Position numbers and translations under genes: made by a program. A model generated the notes under the pieces. That model saw only the letters and a list, made by a program, of their open reading frames with translations, was not told the DNA's origin and made no database searches. Of a stretch of 64,000 bases of DNA, positions 33,301 to 45,058 are shown one piece after another. Source of the stretch: Azolla caroliniana (taxonomy: Eukaryota; Plantae; Polypodiophyta); the NCBI GenBank assembly GCA_043228905.1, contig JBHGNT010000006.1, forward strand, positions 5,146,001 to 5,210,000, given 5' to 3'. Numbering within the stretch: position 1 is the stretch's first letter; each line of letters starts with the position of its first letter.

Positions 33301-35487
33301 GCATTCTCGCCGGAAGAGATCGGGTGCGTAGACCCGACAATCGTAGAGCCGATGGTGATATTCACGGTACCGCATGTACCGTGGAATCTCAAGCCGATTC
33401 CAGTACCGAGAGCTCACATCTTGAAGTTGATGGAGCTATTGAGGCAGAAAGTCGATATGGGCATTCTCGAACCGTCAAGTGCCCCATACTCGAACCGATG
33501 GTTTACCGAAAGAAAAACGGAACATTGCGCTTCATTCAAGACCTGCAACCGGTCAACAGAGTGACCATTCGGAACGCAAGAATCAGACCGACCATAGACG
33601 AGTTCGCGGAGGCCTTCGCCGGAAGGTCGATTTACTCGGTCGGTGATCTGTATTCGGGGTACGACCAGTTCCAGCTAGCCGTGGAGAGCAGAGACATAAC
33701 GACGATGCGAACCCCCCTCGGCCTAGTGCGAATGTGTACCCTGCCACAAGGAGGGACCAACGCGGTGGCCCACATGGTGAATGCAATGAACAAGGTACTG
33801 AGGGATTGCATCCCGGACATCACCATGCCATTTCTAGACGACATCCCGATCAAAGGGTGCCCAGTGGAAGAGAAGGACGAGACACTCGGGCCGGACGGAT
33901 ACCGGCGATTCGTGGCAACACACATCGACGACTGCGAGAAGGTGCTACAAAGGCTAGAGGTTGCGAGGCTCACCTTCTCCGGGGAGAAATCGGCCTTCGG
34001 CAATCAGAAATCCTGGTGGTCAGAGACCTATGTGGACCATATGGCCGGAAGCCGTCTCCGGCAAAAGTAGAAGCCATCTCCGCGATGAAGACCGACTGTA
34101 GCTCGGTTACGGAAGTTCGGAGGTTCCTCGGGGCGTGCGCATTCTACCACATATGGATCCCGCATTACGCCCACGTTGCGGAGCCACTATACGGGTTGCT
34201 GAAGAAAGGGCGAAAATTCGAGTGGCGAGACGAGCACACGGAGTCGGTCCGGAAGCTGAAGGAAGCTCTTACGGTAGCACCGGCACTCCGGAAGGTTGTC
34301 TACGAGAGGGGTACCCCAGTATACATAACAGTGGATACGAGTCCGACCGGGATCGGATGGGTCGTCAACCAAGAAGACGAGGACGGCATTCGGTTCCCGA
34401 TCCGATTCGGCGCGAAGGTCCTCAGTGAGCGACAACGAGGGTACGCCCAGGTTAAACGCGAACTCTGGGGTATCGTTTCGGCAGTAAAGGCCGACAAAGA
34501 CTACCTAATCGGGACAGAAGTGATTATCAAGACGGATTGCCTGCCAACGGCGAGTGGCTACAGATCGGTGCGTTTTTGAGGACAATGACGTCGGATGCGT
34601 CATGGACGAGGGACGAGGCCAAACGGATCCGGAAGAAAGCATACCGATTCTTTCTCCGGGACGGATACTTATGGAAGCACCCGAAGAAGAGGAACGGCGT
34701 CCCGCTTCGGGTGGTGGCGATGAAGGAAGAACAGGAGGAGCTGCTGACTGCCTACCACGACAGCCCTTGGGCTGGACACCGCGGAACATGGGCCACGTTC
34801 GAGAAGATAAAGGGGAAGTAATGGTGGTCGGGACTGTACCGGGACGTGCATCGGTTCGTGACAACTTGCGAGAGCTGTCAAATGCACTCCATAGTCCGGC
34901 ATCGGGACGAACTTCACCCTACGTACCCTCCGACCATCCACTTCAAATGGATGGTAGATCTCGTGACGATGCCGATGGGAGTAGGACAGATGCGGTATCT
35001 GGTCCTGGCTCGGGAAGATCTGACGAACCAGGTGGAAGGCCGAGCCCTTCAGAACAAAACGACCGCGGCCGTATTTCGGTTCCTGATCGAGGACGTGATA
35101 TGCCATTATGGGTGCGTCGGGAAGATCGTGGCTGATCGCGGTGAGTTGGATGCCGAAGAGGCCGAGGAGCTGTTCGACCGGCTAGGAGTCAAGCTCTTGC
35201 TTACCACTGCGTACAATCCGGAGGCGAATGGGAAGGTGGAGCGCGGACACAGACCGATCGTGAAGGCGTTAGTTCGGGCATGCGGAGGTCAAGTCGGGAA
35301 CTGGCCGCGGCTGTTGCCTTTCGCGTTGTGGGCAGACCGAACTACGCACAGTTCGGTAACCGGATTCATGCCGGCAGAGCTCATGTTTGGGCAGAAGCCG
35401 ATCATGCCGATGGAACGTACGATCTCCTCATGGGCAACCGTGGACTGGAGAGACGAGATGAGCCGGGAGGAACTGTTGGCGGCGCGC

Positions 35488-36508
35488 TGTCGTGAAGATC
35501 CGTCACTACGCGCGTATCATGAGGCGGAACCGCCGGGCTTCTGGACCAGAAGGATTTAGAGTCAATACAAGCTTTGGCGAGAAAGTACTTAAGATAGATT
35601 GGGAAAGAGAGAAGTTGAGATTAAACGATTGAGAAAGATCGATTGAACTTTTTATCTTTGGATTTGAGAAACAAGTTACACCATCAATTTGATAACGAAT
35701 TTCTTCTTCTTAATTTCATAATAAATAAATAAAACCGTGTTTTTTTCTCCTCCCCCTTCCCTCTTTTATAGATGCTCTCATGCATATGATGCATGTGAGG
35801 GTACAAGACATGCATAAATTGCATGTTTGCCATTTGGCGCTTATGTATTACATGTGGTGCATGATAACCATGTCACTCATTTTAGTTCTCATGTATGAGA
35901 ATTTACATGTAAAAGTACAATGATAGAAATATAATTTTAACTAAATAGCTTGGCTTAATGGTAAGCCAATTGACTCCTAACTTGGAGGTGCAAGGTTCGA
36001 ATCCTTACTTGCCCTCCTTGTATATGTAAATATGTATACATATTTATATATTTATTTATCTCGTCGCCGGACGCCGGTTCGCCAGATGCCGTCGCCGGAT
36101 TGCCGTCGGATCACCGGCTCCATCGCCGGTGCAGTTTTGGTTGGCCAAAACCCTTTACGAGTAACTAGCCACCTCCACTCTTAGTTCAAGTTACCTTAAA
36201 CTCTCTATGCTCCACACATAGACACAAAGATAATATCTTTTGCTCCACCTTATATATGATGAGAGCCGTATTTGTCGTGCCTATGTGGGATATCTCACAA
36301 TTTTCTCTTTTCTTTTCACAAACTTTATACCCTCATATCTTGACATTTAGTTGTCCATTTCTCGTGTAATAAAGTGCATTCGAAACCTCCATCATTTTGT
36401 ACTTAGATATTAAAAATGTTATCTTCACAATTATTGTATTATGTGATTCATACTCGATTTCGTACATTTTATGGGATTTTCACACTATTGCCGAAAATCT
36501 TCACGACA
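35488..36508 (-). mobile_element. Solo LTR G (1021 bp) inserted in the integrase of C
   Basis: TGTCG...CGACA termini with a 12-bp terminal inverted repeat and TSD GCGC. Minus-strand TATA (CTATAAAAG near 35763-35771) and U5-type box CCCGGCGGTTCCGCC. Shares motifs with the LTR of A. Confidence 0.85.
35946..36015 (+). promoter_or_regulatory. tRNA-derived Pol III internal promoter inside LTR G
   Basis: A box TGGCTTAATGG (35951-35961) and B box GGTTCGAATCC (35994-36004) at tRNA-like spacing. Confidence 0.75.
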
Positions 36509-37899
36509 GCGCATACGACAGCTCGAGCGAAGACCGGAGGACGTGGAGCAGGCTGCGGGAAAGCTTCGGGTGGCAAGGACGAGGAACAAAGACCAGTTCG
36601 ACCGGACGCACCGGCTCCGACCAAAGAAGATCGAGGAAGGCGACTGGGTGCTAGTCTACGACAGCAGCCTCGACAACCAACACCGAGCGACACGGAAGTT
36701 CGCAAGAAGGTGGTTCGGGCCTTACGTGGTACAAAGCGCCAACGACAACGGGACGTACCATCTGGCGGAACTCGACGGCACGAGAATGGTGATACCGGTA
36801 GCTAGGAAGCGGATCAAAGCGTTCAAGAAGCGTCACGACGACGAGCCGGATCCGGTTAACCTGGACCGCGACGACGAACGATCCGAAACCGAGGAAGAAC
36901 CGACAGGCGGGGAATGAAGGCTGGACTGGTTTTCTCCGTCCCAACTCAATTTGGCGCATGCCGGTGGATGCGCGGTTAGGTGGGGGCGGATGTCGTGAAG
37001 AAAACCATCCACAAGCGGAATCGGTGCACCGGAGCGTAGGAACCGGCTCTTCATGCACGTACGCCTTATGTTGTACATAAGAGAGAATTAGGTACATAGA
37101 AGATCCTAGGTAGGTAGATTCGGTAGGTAGGAAGTTAATGGGAAACGGCTCCTTCCTTGCCTATAAAAGGAGGGAGACGAAGAGAGGACGGGGATCGCGG
37201 TTAGAGAGGACGAAGTGTTGTCGGGTTGTCGGCCGAAGGCTTCTCTCTCTTCCATACTCCGTAGCTTCTTTCTATGCAGGTTTTCGGGAGGCTCGCGCTG
37301 CTCTGAGGAATGCCCGAGTGCTTCCGGTAGCACCTCCAACCTACTCCCTTCTTTCTGAGCGTTTACGAACAGGCATCGGCATCTATTCGTCGGCCTGTTC
37401 GGTTGTAACAGACTTCGTGCTTCTTGTTGTTTGTCTTTGTTAATATATATATACATACATTCGTGTCTCTCTGCGTCGGTGTCCCACTCGCGTCTTTGTG
37501 TCGAAGGGCCGTGTCCCTGTGAATCTACGCTCGCACGTAGTGGGTCCTTTCTCTTCTCCCTTGTCTCTTGCTCTTCGGTACAAGACCCCCGAGGCCCCGC
37601 CTCATTCCACGCATCCGCGAGGAATACCTCGACACCGTTCCGCCCGGTTCTCGTCCGGGTCCGTTCGTCCTTCTCCGGATTGCCGGGTCCCGTTCTCCTG
37701 TCGCCACCAACCTTCTCCCTAGGTCTCACGTTGCCAAGTTGGCTGAACTGCCGAGATCTCCGGATCAGTGTGAGGATCCTGTAGGACCGGACTTCGTTCT
37801 CCTCTTCATCCCTTGTAACTCCCGACCTTCGCCCGGTCGGTCTTTCTCCCCACGTAAAAGAGAGCGGCTCGTCCCGCACCCTCTCCCGAATTGGCACCT

Positions 37900-39355
37900 T
37901 TATGCCGAATCTGGCCCCGATCGAACGATCCACGACCGGATTCTGCTCCATGCGCATCGGAATGCCGATCTTCTCATGCTACGTCCGTCCTTGGCCTCCT
38001 CACAGGCCGTTTCCCATCCCCCTTCACTGGCATCGTGCCAAGACTCCTCGTCGGCGCCCTCTTTCTCTCCGGTCTCATGTCGGCACATGGGCACGACCGC
38101 CGGAGTCTTCAGAATCTGCGTGGAGGGCTCTTCTCCGCTCCTTCCCCGTATCGTCTCGCCGGTGATTCTTGGTCTTTTGCCGCCGCCTTCCTCCGCTTGG
38201 GACTCACGTGGGCACTCGGGCCCGACTGCCATCATCTCGGGAGCAAGTGTGGGAAGACACAAAGAATCGCCCGTCCAGTTTACGCCCTTGTCCGTAGCCA
38301 CCGGCTCTTCGTGGTCGGCAGTCGTCTCCTTACCGATCGCGCAAGCCCCACCTGGGCTTGCTTCTTCGATTTCCGGGGTTTCGGGCCGACACGCCCGAAA
38401 CCATTGGTCCCAACTACCCGGTTCCGCGATCTGTATCTCGGCCTCGTCCTTGGCCGTTCTATCTCCGCAACTCGAGAGGGCGTTTTGTTCCGCACCCTCT
38501 CCCGTGGTACCGTCGTACCGATCTTCTGCCATCGCGTGGGGCAAGTTCGTCTCCTCGGTCTCGGCTTGCGGCCTCGATCTTCCCTCTTCCTCGAGCATCG
38601 CCTCGAGAGCTGCGTACGCCTCCGCAATCCTGGCCCCAACACCGACCCTTGCCAACTCCCTTTGCCGTTCGACCTCTTCCCGCTGTGATGGCACGCCGTT
38701 GCGCGCCTTCCTCTTAGCCTTCTCGGCTCGCTCATCGTCTAGCCGTTGGCACACCCTTCCGACCTTTGACCAGTCCTCTGTAAGCCCATTTGCTTCGTCA
38801 TCATCTTCGAGCTCTATCCCAATGGCCTCCCGTTCCGCTCGGTCGATCGACCTGACGAACAATAGGACCTTGTCTGTCCCCACCAAACCTTGTTTCCGCT
38901 CCGGGAGCCAAGCAAGCCGTCGCTCGAACTCTTGGAACACCTTCGTCGCGCCCTGGTGGGTCTTTGCCGATGCTACCCACTGGTCGAAGTCGTGTCGTCC
39001 CCGGCTCTTCCGCCGTCCTCCGTATGCCTTCAGGAGCGCCTCTTCGAAGGCCTCCCATGAACTATGAGCCTCACGGAGCTCCTTTACTTCCGCATGCATC
39101 CGGACAGCTACAACCCGACAGAAGAACTCCAGCCTCAATGCCTCGTCTACGCCACGCTCCTCCATATCCGCATTGTAGGCTCCCAAGTAAGATGGGACTT
39201 TGTCCCCGTTGAAACGGCCGACTCTTTCGACCACTCGCTCAACCGCTTGTTACGCTGCTTCTCGCCTCATCACCACTCGTGCCGATCACCACTCGTGCCG
39301 ACTCCAACACCACTTCGGCCACCATCACCGCGAGGTCGTCGTCTTCCGACTCCAT
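37900..39355 (-). pseudogene. Gag-like plus acidic tail ORF of element B
   Basis: 444-aa ORF homologous to the F protein. The ATG at 39355 is put out of frame by a 16-bp tandem duplication (about 39269-39301). Confidence 0.8.
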
Positions 39356-39392
39356 CCTCCCTTGCCGCCTTTCACGTCGGGTTCACCAAAGA

Positions 39393-40151
39393 TGTCGCAT
39401 TGTTACGCGCGTGCGTGGAGAAAGGCGGGACCACGGGGGTCTTGGACTAGGGAGTGACGGAGCGTAGGAAGTCGTGCTTCACCGTTTCCGGGGGATCCCA
39501 GAAGAAAGCCGGAAGCGACCGAAGGGAGAGAGAGAAAGAGAGGGAGTGTGCGCTTAACACCGACTCACGCACACACACGCACACGCACACACATGTCGAC
39601 CCGACTCACGCCCTTATGTACAGGAAACGCAGGAAAGGGGAAGCACCCGACACCAACAAAGACGCGAATATACACAGACAGACGCAAATATATATATAAA
39701 AGGAAGAATACATTCTCCGCTTCGTGCCGGACCAAGGTAGGTTACAGCAGTCGTCTACTGTCAAGCCGTCGTCGGGGAGCTCTCGGCTCGTCGCGCCGAG
39801 CGGGGTCTTGCACAGGAGGCCGAGCCAAAGCAAACCCTAAGCAAAACACGAAGGGGGAAGAAGAAGAAGAAGAAGAAGAAGAAGAAGAAGCGTAACTAAC
39901 CCTAAATCTAACGGTATACCCTCTAACGCAAAAATGGGCAACCCTTTCACAAAGGGCGCTCCCTTCCTTTTATAGAACAAGGAGAGGGATGCGTTACAAT
40001 GTGGGATAAATCCCGACTTAACTACTCTTCGGCGCCATAAAGGCGCCCTCGTTATTCACACTAAATGTACAAGGGTGAGCACACATGTTACACCCCGCCG
40101 ATGTAGCCAATGTTTCCCGGTTTCCACCTCTGGACGAAATTCTTCATGACA
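39393..40151 (-). repeat. 5' LTR of element B
   Basis: Direct repeat of 7373-8139, adjacent to the PBS. Confidence 0.93.
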
Positions 40152-40529
40152 TCGTCAGACGCCCGAGTGCTCCCGTCCAAGGGATCGACCTTCAGCGTGC
40201 CAACGTACCTTTGTGTCTGGCTATTGCCAAGCTCTGCGCTCCATCACCGGCTCGGATCCGGTTGTAATCACCCACATCACCGTGCACCTGTGTTTTTTTT
40301 TTTAATAGAAACCTTCTCTGCCTAACATACGTTGTTCTCAGTGTCTTGCCCATGTTTGTGTCTACGCACGACTCTCTTACCCTCTCTTGTTCGCTAGCCC
40401 TACCTGTTTCCCATGGTCTCGAGACCTACGCGATCCTGAAACTCCTCCCTCTTCGTTTTCTCGATTCCTTGGTTCGAGACCCCCGTGGTCCTGCCCGACT
40501 TCTACGCATCCGCGAGGATTTCCTCGACA
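40152..40529 (+). repeat. 3' fragment of host LTR X
   Basis: Family U5 box GACCCCCGTGGTCC...ACGCATCCGCGAGGA...CTCGACA. Followed by GCAT and no PBS. Confidence 0.8.
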
Positions 40530-41809
40530 GCATAAGAGGTCAATACCTCAATTGCGTATTATGATTAACCCTTATTTTTGGATGTCTCGTGTGCGTAGAG
40601 GTATATGCCTCGATTACGTACTATCTCGATTACGTCATTTTTGGCTATTAAATATAACGATTTGTTTAATATAGGCATATGTGGTCACGTGTATACGTAG
40701 TTGATCGTATATATGTGATAATATACATATGTGTATATAAGTTATTACGTGATTTTAAATCGAATGTTTTCCTTTTCGGGGAAAGGATCTTGGTGGCCGT
40801 CCTCACATTTTTGTGAGAATAGCGTTGTCACCATCCCTTTTTTCAACAATTTTTTATTGTTGAAATCCCCGTTGGTGACCTCGATATTTCGTTACGTAAA
40901 GAAACACCTATAGCCATAATGATGTTGAGTACGTAGGGCTTGACCCACTTCATGTGAGGTCACTCCTATGACACATGTATCCAACATCCCTCCCTCATTA
41001 CATGGATACGATGCCACCATGAGATCATTCTTACGAGAGGCATTCGTAATGACGTGACCATGTGATGGGCCACGTGGGCCTACTACGAAAAGAGGGCTCA
41101 TTTGGCTTGACCATTAGGTTGCACTTTGGCGTATGCCATCGTAATTACGAGACTTGAGGTTAGGTAACGTACCAACATATTTTGTAGTAAACGAGGGGGA
41201 AATAAGGACTCTTGACATATATGTTTCTTTTAAAAAAACATATATGGGCAAATGCCTCGCATATCTCTTATACGCATGAAGCATTAAACATTCAAGAAGA
41301 GCAACCTACTTGGTTGGTTCAAGTGTTTTATGCATTTGTTCTCAAGGTTTCGAGTTTAAATATGACCAAGACCATACAACATCGTTGATACATATGACTA
41401 TAACACATGTTTAGACTTAAGGTCTAAGTGCACTTCGGGGTCCTCGTAATAGGAGTTGAAGAGCCGAAACCACATATGTGGGCACCGAAACATAGTTTAT
41501 TGTTAACATTTTTTTCGTGTATAAACAATTCATGACGCGAACATACATAGTTGAGCCTAGGGGAGCCGCCATGAAAAAATCGATATAGAGATCAGGGATA
41601 GACATTAAATTGTCACCCCCATGGTTTTTGAAACACCTTTGTGTTACCATAGTAACCTGATCTTGAACCTCATCTCATACGTCTAGAGGGGTATTGACGT
41701 GAGATAATGATATTGATTAATGTTCGCCCATGATATGTTTACATCACGACATGATGTTATGACTATCTCTCTGACCTTATCCTATTTCTTTGCTAGAAAT
41801 AATCATTTA

Positions 41810-42710
41810 ATGGCTCAAAATAACGACTCGATGTCATCCGCTCAAGCGGAAGGAACTCAAGGGAATTCTCCTGGACAAATGTCCATTGAGATGTACTTTT
41901 CGCAAATAACCGAACATCGGCAATCTCAAAGTGCTCTCGAGGAATGTGTCATTAGTTTACAACGTGAGACTAATAGACCTGATGAGCGACAGGGTGAACC
42001 ATCGTTTGTCATTAAGGCATTTACGGGCGAAAAAAAGGAAAGAACCAAAGAAGCAATCTACATGTGGCTGGGCCGATGGGAGTCTCATTTTGATCTCTAT
42101 CCCACGCCAGATAGTACAAAGATTTCATATGTCAGCCGAGAACTAGGGGGTAAGGCCGCCACCTGGTGGCGTGGGCTCCGAACTTTGGGGAAATTGCCCG
42201 ATACCTAGACAGATTTTGTCACAGTTTTTAAGGGTCAATTTCTACAACCTCCCTCTCGAACCGAGGTAGCACAAGCTTTTATGAACCTCTGTAGCAGGAA
42301 ATTTTCCTCGCTAGAAGACTATGTTCACCATGCTAGAACCCAAATCCAAAAATCAGTTCTAAAAGGGGACAATTGGTTAATAACTTGTTTTGTCAATGGC
42401 ATCCCCAATTCGGACTATCACTGGATAATGCACAATAAGGATCCAAAATCCTTCGAAGAGGCTGTTGAAATAGTTCTTCGCTATCAATGCACTTCGAAGA
42501 AGGACCACAACAAACCTAACGAAGCGCCCAGGACTAAGCAGTCGCAATTCGCTGGGAAACGCAAGACACCCAACGAATTCATGGATCGCGATTTTAAGCG
42601 ACAACATCCTTTTTGTGTATTCTGCAAAAAGAAGGGTCATACAAAAGAGCAATGTCAAAGCTCCAACGGAAAGAGCACGACAGCAAAGCTAAAGTTGCAG
42701 ACCATAAAGT
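41810..42710 (+). pseudogene. gag: gag of a chromovirus-type Ty3/gypsy
   Basis: Retrotransposon gag-like (WL..WE..F, AATWW) with CCHC knuckle CVFCKKKGHTKEQC. Stop at 42206. Truncated at about 42710. Confidence 0.8.
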
Positions 42711-44663
42711 TTTGGCAAGCTGCTTCGACGAAACCTGTCTTTTCTTCGACCGGGTCACTCCACCCGGTTACCTCCTGGACCCGCTTCTCCGCGCGGTCCG
42801 CCTCATCTTTCCTTAGTCGGGCACCGACGAGGCCTTCCAGCATCGTCGGCCAGAACCCAGCTTTGCTCTCCTTCCGGGCCTCCCGAATACCGGCTGACGC
42901 CGAGTAGTGGACGGTCTCCGTGTGCCGGGCCGCCGCCGCCTCTTCCATCAGCCTTTTCATTCCTCCTCGCCCGTCGTTTCGGTTCAGGGCCCTCTGGGTA
43001 TCGTTGGCGTGCACCCGACCTTCCCACAGGTACACTACCCGGCTTCTCAAAGCCTCTGCAAAGTCCCCGCAATCTTTCCGGATGTGGCCGACCTCGTCGC
43101 ACCACATGCACCTATTTCCTACCGGAGGTCGTCGGTCACGAGCCTGTTCGCTGCCTTCCCTCTGAGCCTGGGTGATCTGGAGATCCTTTAACGCCCGTGT
43201 CAACTCCTCCAAAGCTGTTCCCCCGGACGAGCCTCTGACCACGCCAGTCGAAGCCGAACCGGTTTCGAGCCACTCCCGGATCTCTTCCCTTCGCGCCTGT
43301 GGTATCGGTTCGAGCTTCCTTGCTGCGACAGGACCCGCCCCGGTCGCCCCTGTATCAGCCCACTCCCACCGTTTGTCAAAACGGCCACAAACTCTTTTTA
43401 CCGCGACCCAGTCGGCCGTCAGCCCGTCTTCGGTTTCCAGTAAGGAGCCCACTTGCTCCCGATCCCGTGCGTCAACCGATTTGACAAACAGTAGGACACG
43501 ACTTGTGTCCAGAACGGTCCGATCGAGCGCCAAAAGGTGCGCAAAGTGTTCCTCAAACTCCCGGAGGAGTACCGACGCATTTCTTCCTTTGTTGGGGGAC
43601 TCCACCCACTCCTCCCAGCCCGTATTTCTCCAGGAGCCGTACTTCGAACTCCTCCCAGGTCCGGCTCTCCGCCCGGACCTCGAGCACCTCCGCATGGATG
43701 CCCGACATCGCCACTCGAGGGAATCCGGCAAGACGCCTCTCTTCCGGAATATCCCTCATCAACATCTCCACCCGGTAGGACGCCAAATAACTCGTGGCAT
43801 CCTTTCCACTGAACCGGCCGATCGTACCGACAATCGCCTCAGTAGCCCTGTCAAGGGCGCCGGTGCCCTCGCGCGCTCACTATCCAGTCCACGGCCGAAG
43901 CCATGGCCTCTACAAGATCCGACCCCCTCATCTTCTGCTCCTATGTCGCCTTGTTTCACGTCGGGTTCACCAAAGATGTCACGTTACTACGCGCGTGCGT
44001 GGAGAACGAGGTGGGACCGAGTACTTTACATCCTTCTGTAAACACAACATAGTACAATGTGTCTATGGAGAAAGCAGGTTATAGAAGGGGAAAGAGAAAG
44101 AGAGAGACGCTTGGTTACGTATGAGCAAAGAAACACAGGGACACGGCGCTGTCAACGCAGAAGACACGAATGGACACAGAGACAGAGAGACACGAATGTT
44201 TGTATATTAATGAATGACAAATAAACAACAGAGCACGCGAGCGGTTACAACCGAACAGGCCGGCGAACAGATGTCGATGCCTGCTCGTCTACGCACGAAA
44301 GGGGATAGGATGGAGGTGCTGCCAGAAGCACACGGCGTTCCTCGAAGCAGCGCGAGCCTCCCGAAAACCTGCAGAGAAGAGCGATGGAGAACAAACAGAG
44401 GAGAAGCGTTCGGTTTCGGTCCGACAGCACTTCGTCCTCCTCAATAAAATAATGCCCCCCTTCTCCCCGCGTCTCCCTCTCTTTTATAGCTTCAAGAAGG
44501 GAGTTGTTTCCCTCATTAACTTCCTACCTACCGAATCTAACTACCTAGGATATACCTTTGTACCTAATTCTCTATTATATACATTAAAGGGCGCGCACAC
44601 GTGAAGAGCCGGTTCACGCGCGCTATGCATCGATTACGCTAAGGGACGGTTTTCTTCACGACA
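42711..44663 (-). mobile_element. Element H1: truncated tRNA-Trp family element (5' LTR 43977-44663, PBS, partial gag)
   Basis: gag is homologous to C/D/E. PBS 43956-43972. Right flank ACGT. The 3' half is deleted. Confidence 0.85.
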
Positions 44664-45058
44664 ACGTATAGACAGAGAAGTGCATGGGGACGCGGCCCAA
44701 CAACACAGGAGACACGAGTTGAGAACACTAGCGTATGTATATAAATGTATGCAGATGACTCGAACGGTTACAGCCGACCAGGTCGGCGAGGTGGATGCCG
44801 ACGCCTGATCACCCACGCACACAAGAGAGCAAGATGGAGATCCTGCTAAGGAGGGAGGCCGTTTCACCCGTTTACATCACATTAATTCTCTGTCCTTTTG
44901 GACAGAGATACTCCTCGATTTCCCTTATAGAATATTGCTACCTAGGATCTAACCTTTGTGCCTACCTATCTACCATACGACAAGGGACGTGCCCACATGT
45001 AAGGGCTGGTTCACACACAACACACGGTTTGCGCCTGGGGACGGTTTTCTTCACGACA
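44664..45058 (-). repeat. LTR remnant H2 of the same family, inserted in the chromovirus RT
   Basis: Ends GACGGTTTTCTTCACGACA and is followed by CCGA and chromovirus RT sequence. Confidence 0.75.

Larger units (their letters stand above)
31083..36917 (+). pseudogene. pol: 3' gag-PR and pol of element C (interrupted by solo LTR G)
   Basis: Same motifs as D and E, with several stops and frameshifts. Confidence 0.88.
9972..37634 (+). mobile_element. Element C: Ty3/gypsy, decayed, inserted in B
   Basis: 644-bp LTRs 9972-10615 and 36991-37634, TSD CCGT. gag at 10659-11200 + 31083-32671. pol at 32662-35487 + 36509-36917, with stops, frameshifts and an internal deletion near 34547. Confidence 0.95.
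7373..40151 (-). mobile_element. Element B: Pol-less (gag-only) LTR element that hosts C-G
   Basis: LTRs 7373-8139 and 39393-40151. Flanks GCGT/TCGT. PBS 39372-39388, PPT at 8140-8160. Internal pieces 8140-9971 and 37635-39392 encode Gag plus an acidic repetitive tail and no RT. Confidence 0.9.

Noticed and set aside
35488-36508. G as a MITE or DNA transposon because of its 12-bp terminal inverted repeat
   Set aside because: TG..CA ends, a 4-bp CG-centred TSD, TATA, the U5 box and homology to LTR A indicate a solo LTR.
37568-39067. 499-aa plus-strand ORF and many other long overlapping ORFs
   Set aside because: These are antisense or alternate-frame shadows of GC-rich gag/pol sequence, Ser/Pro/Arg-rich and without domains.
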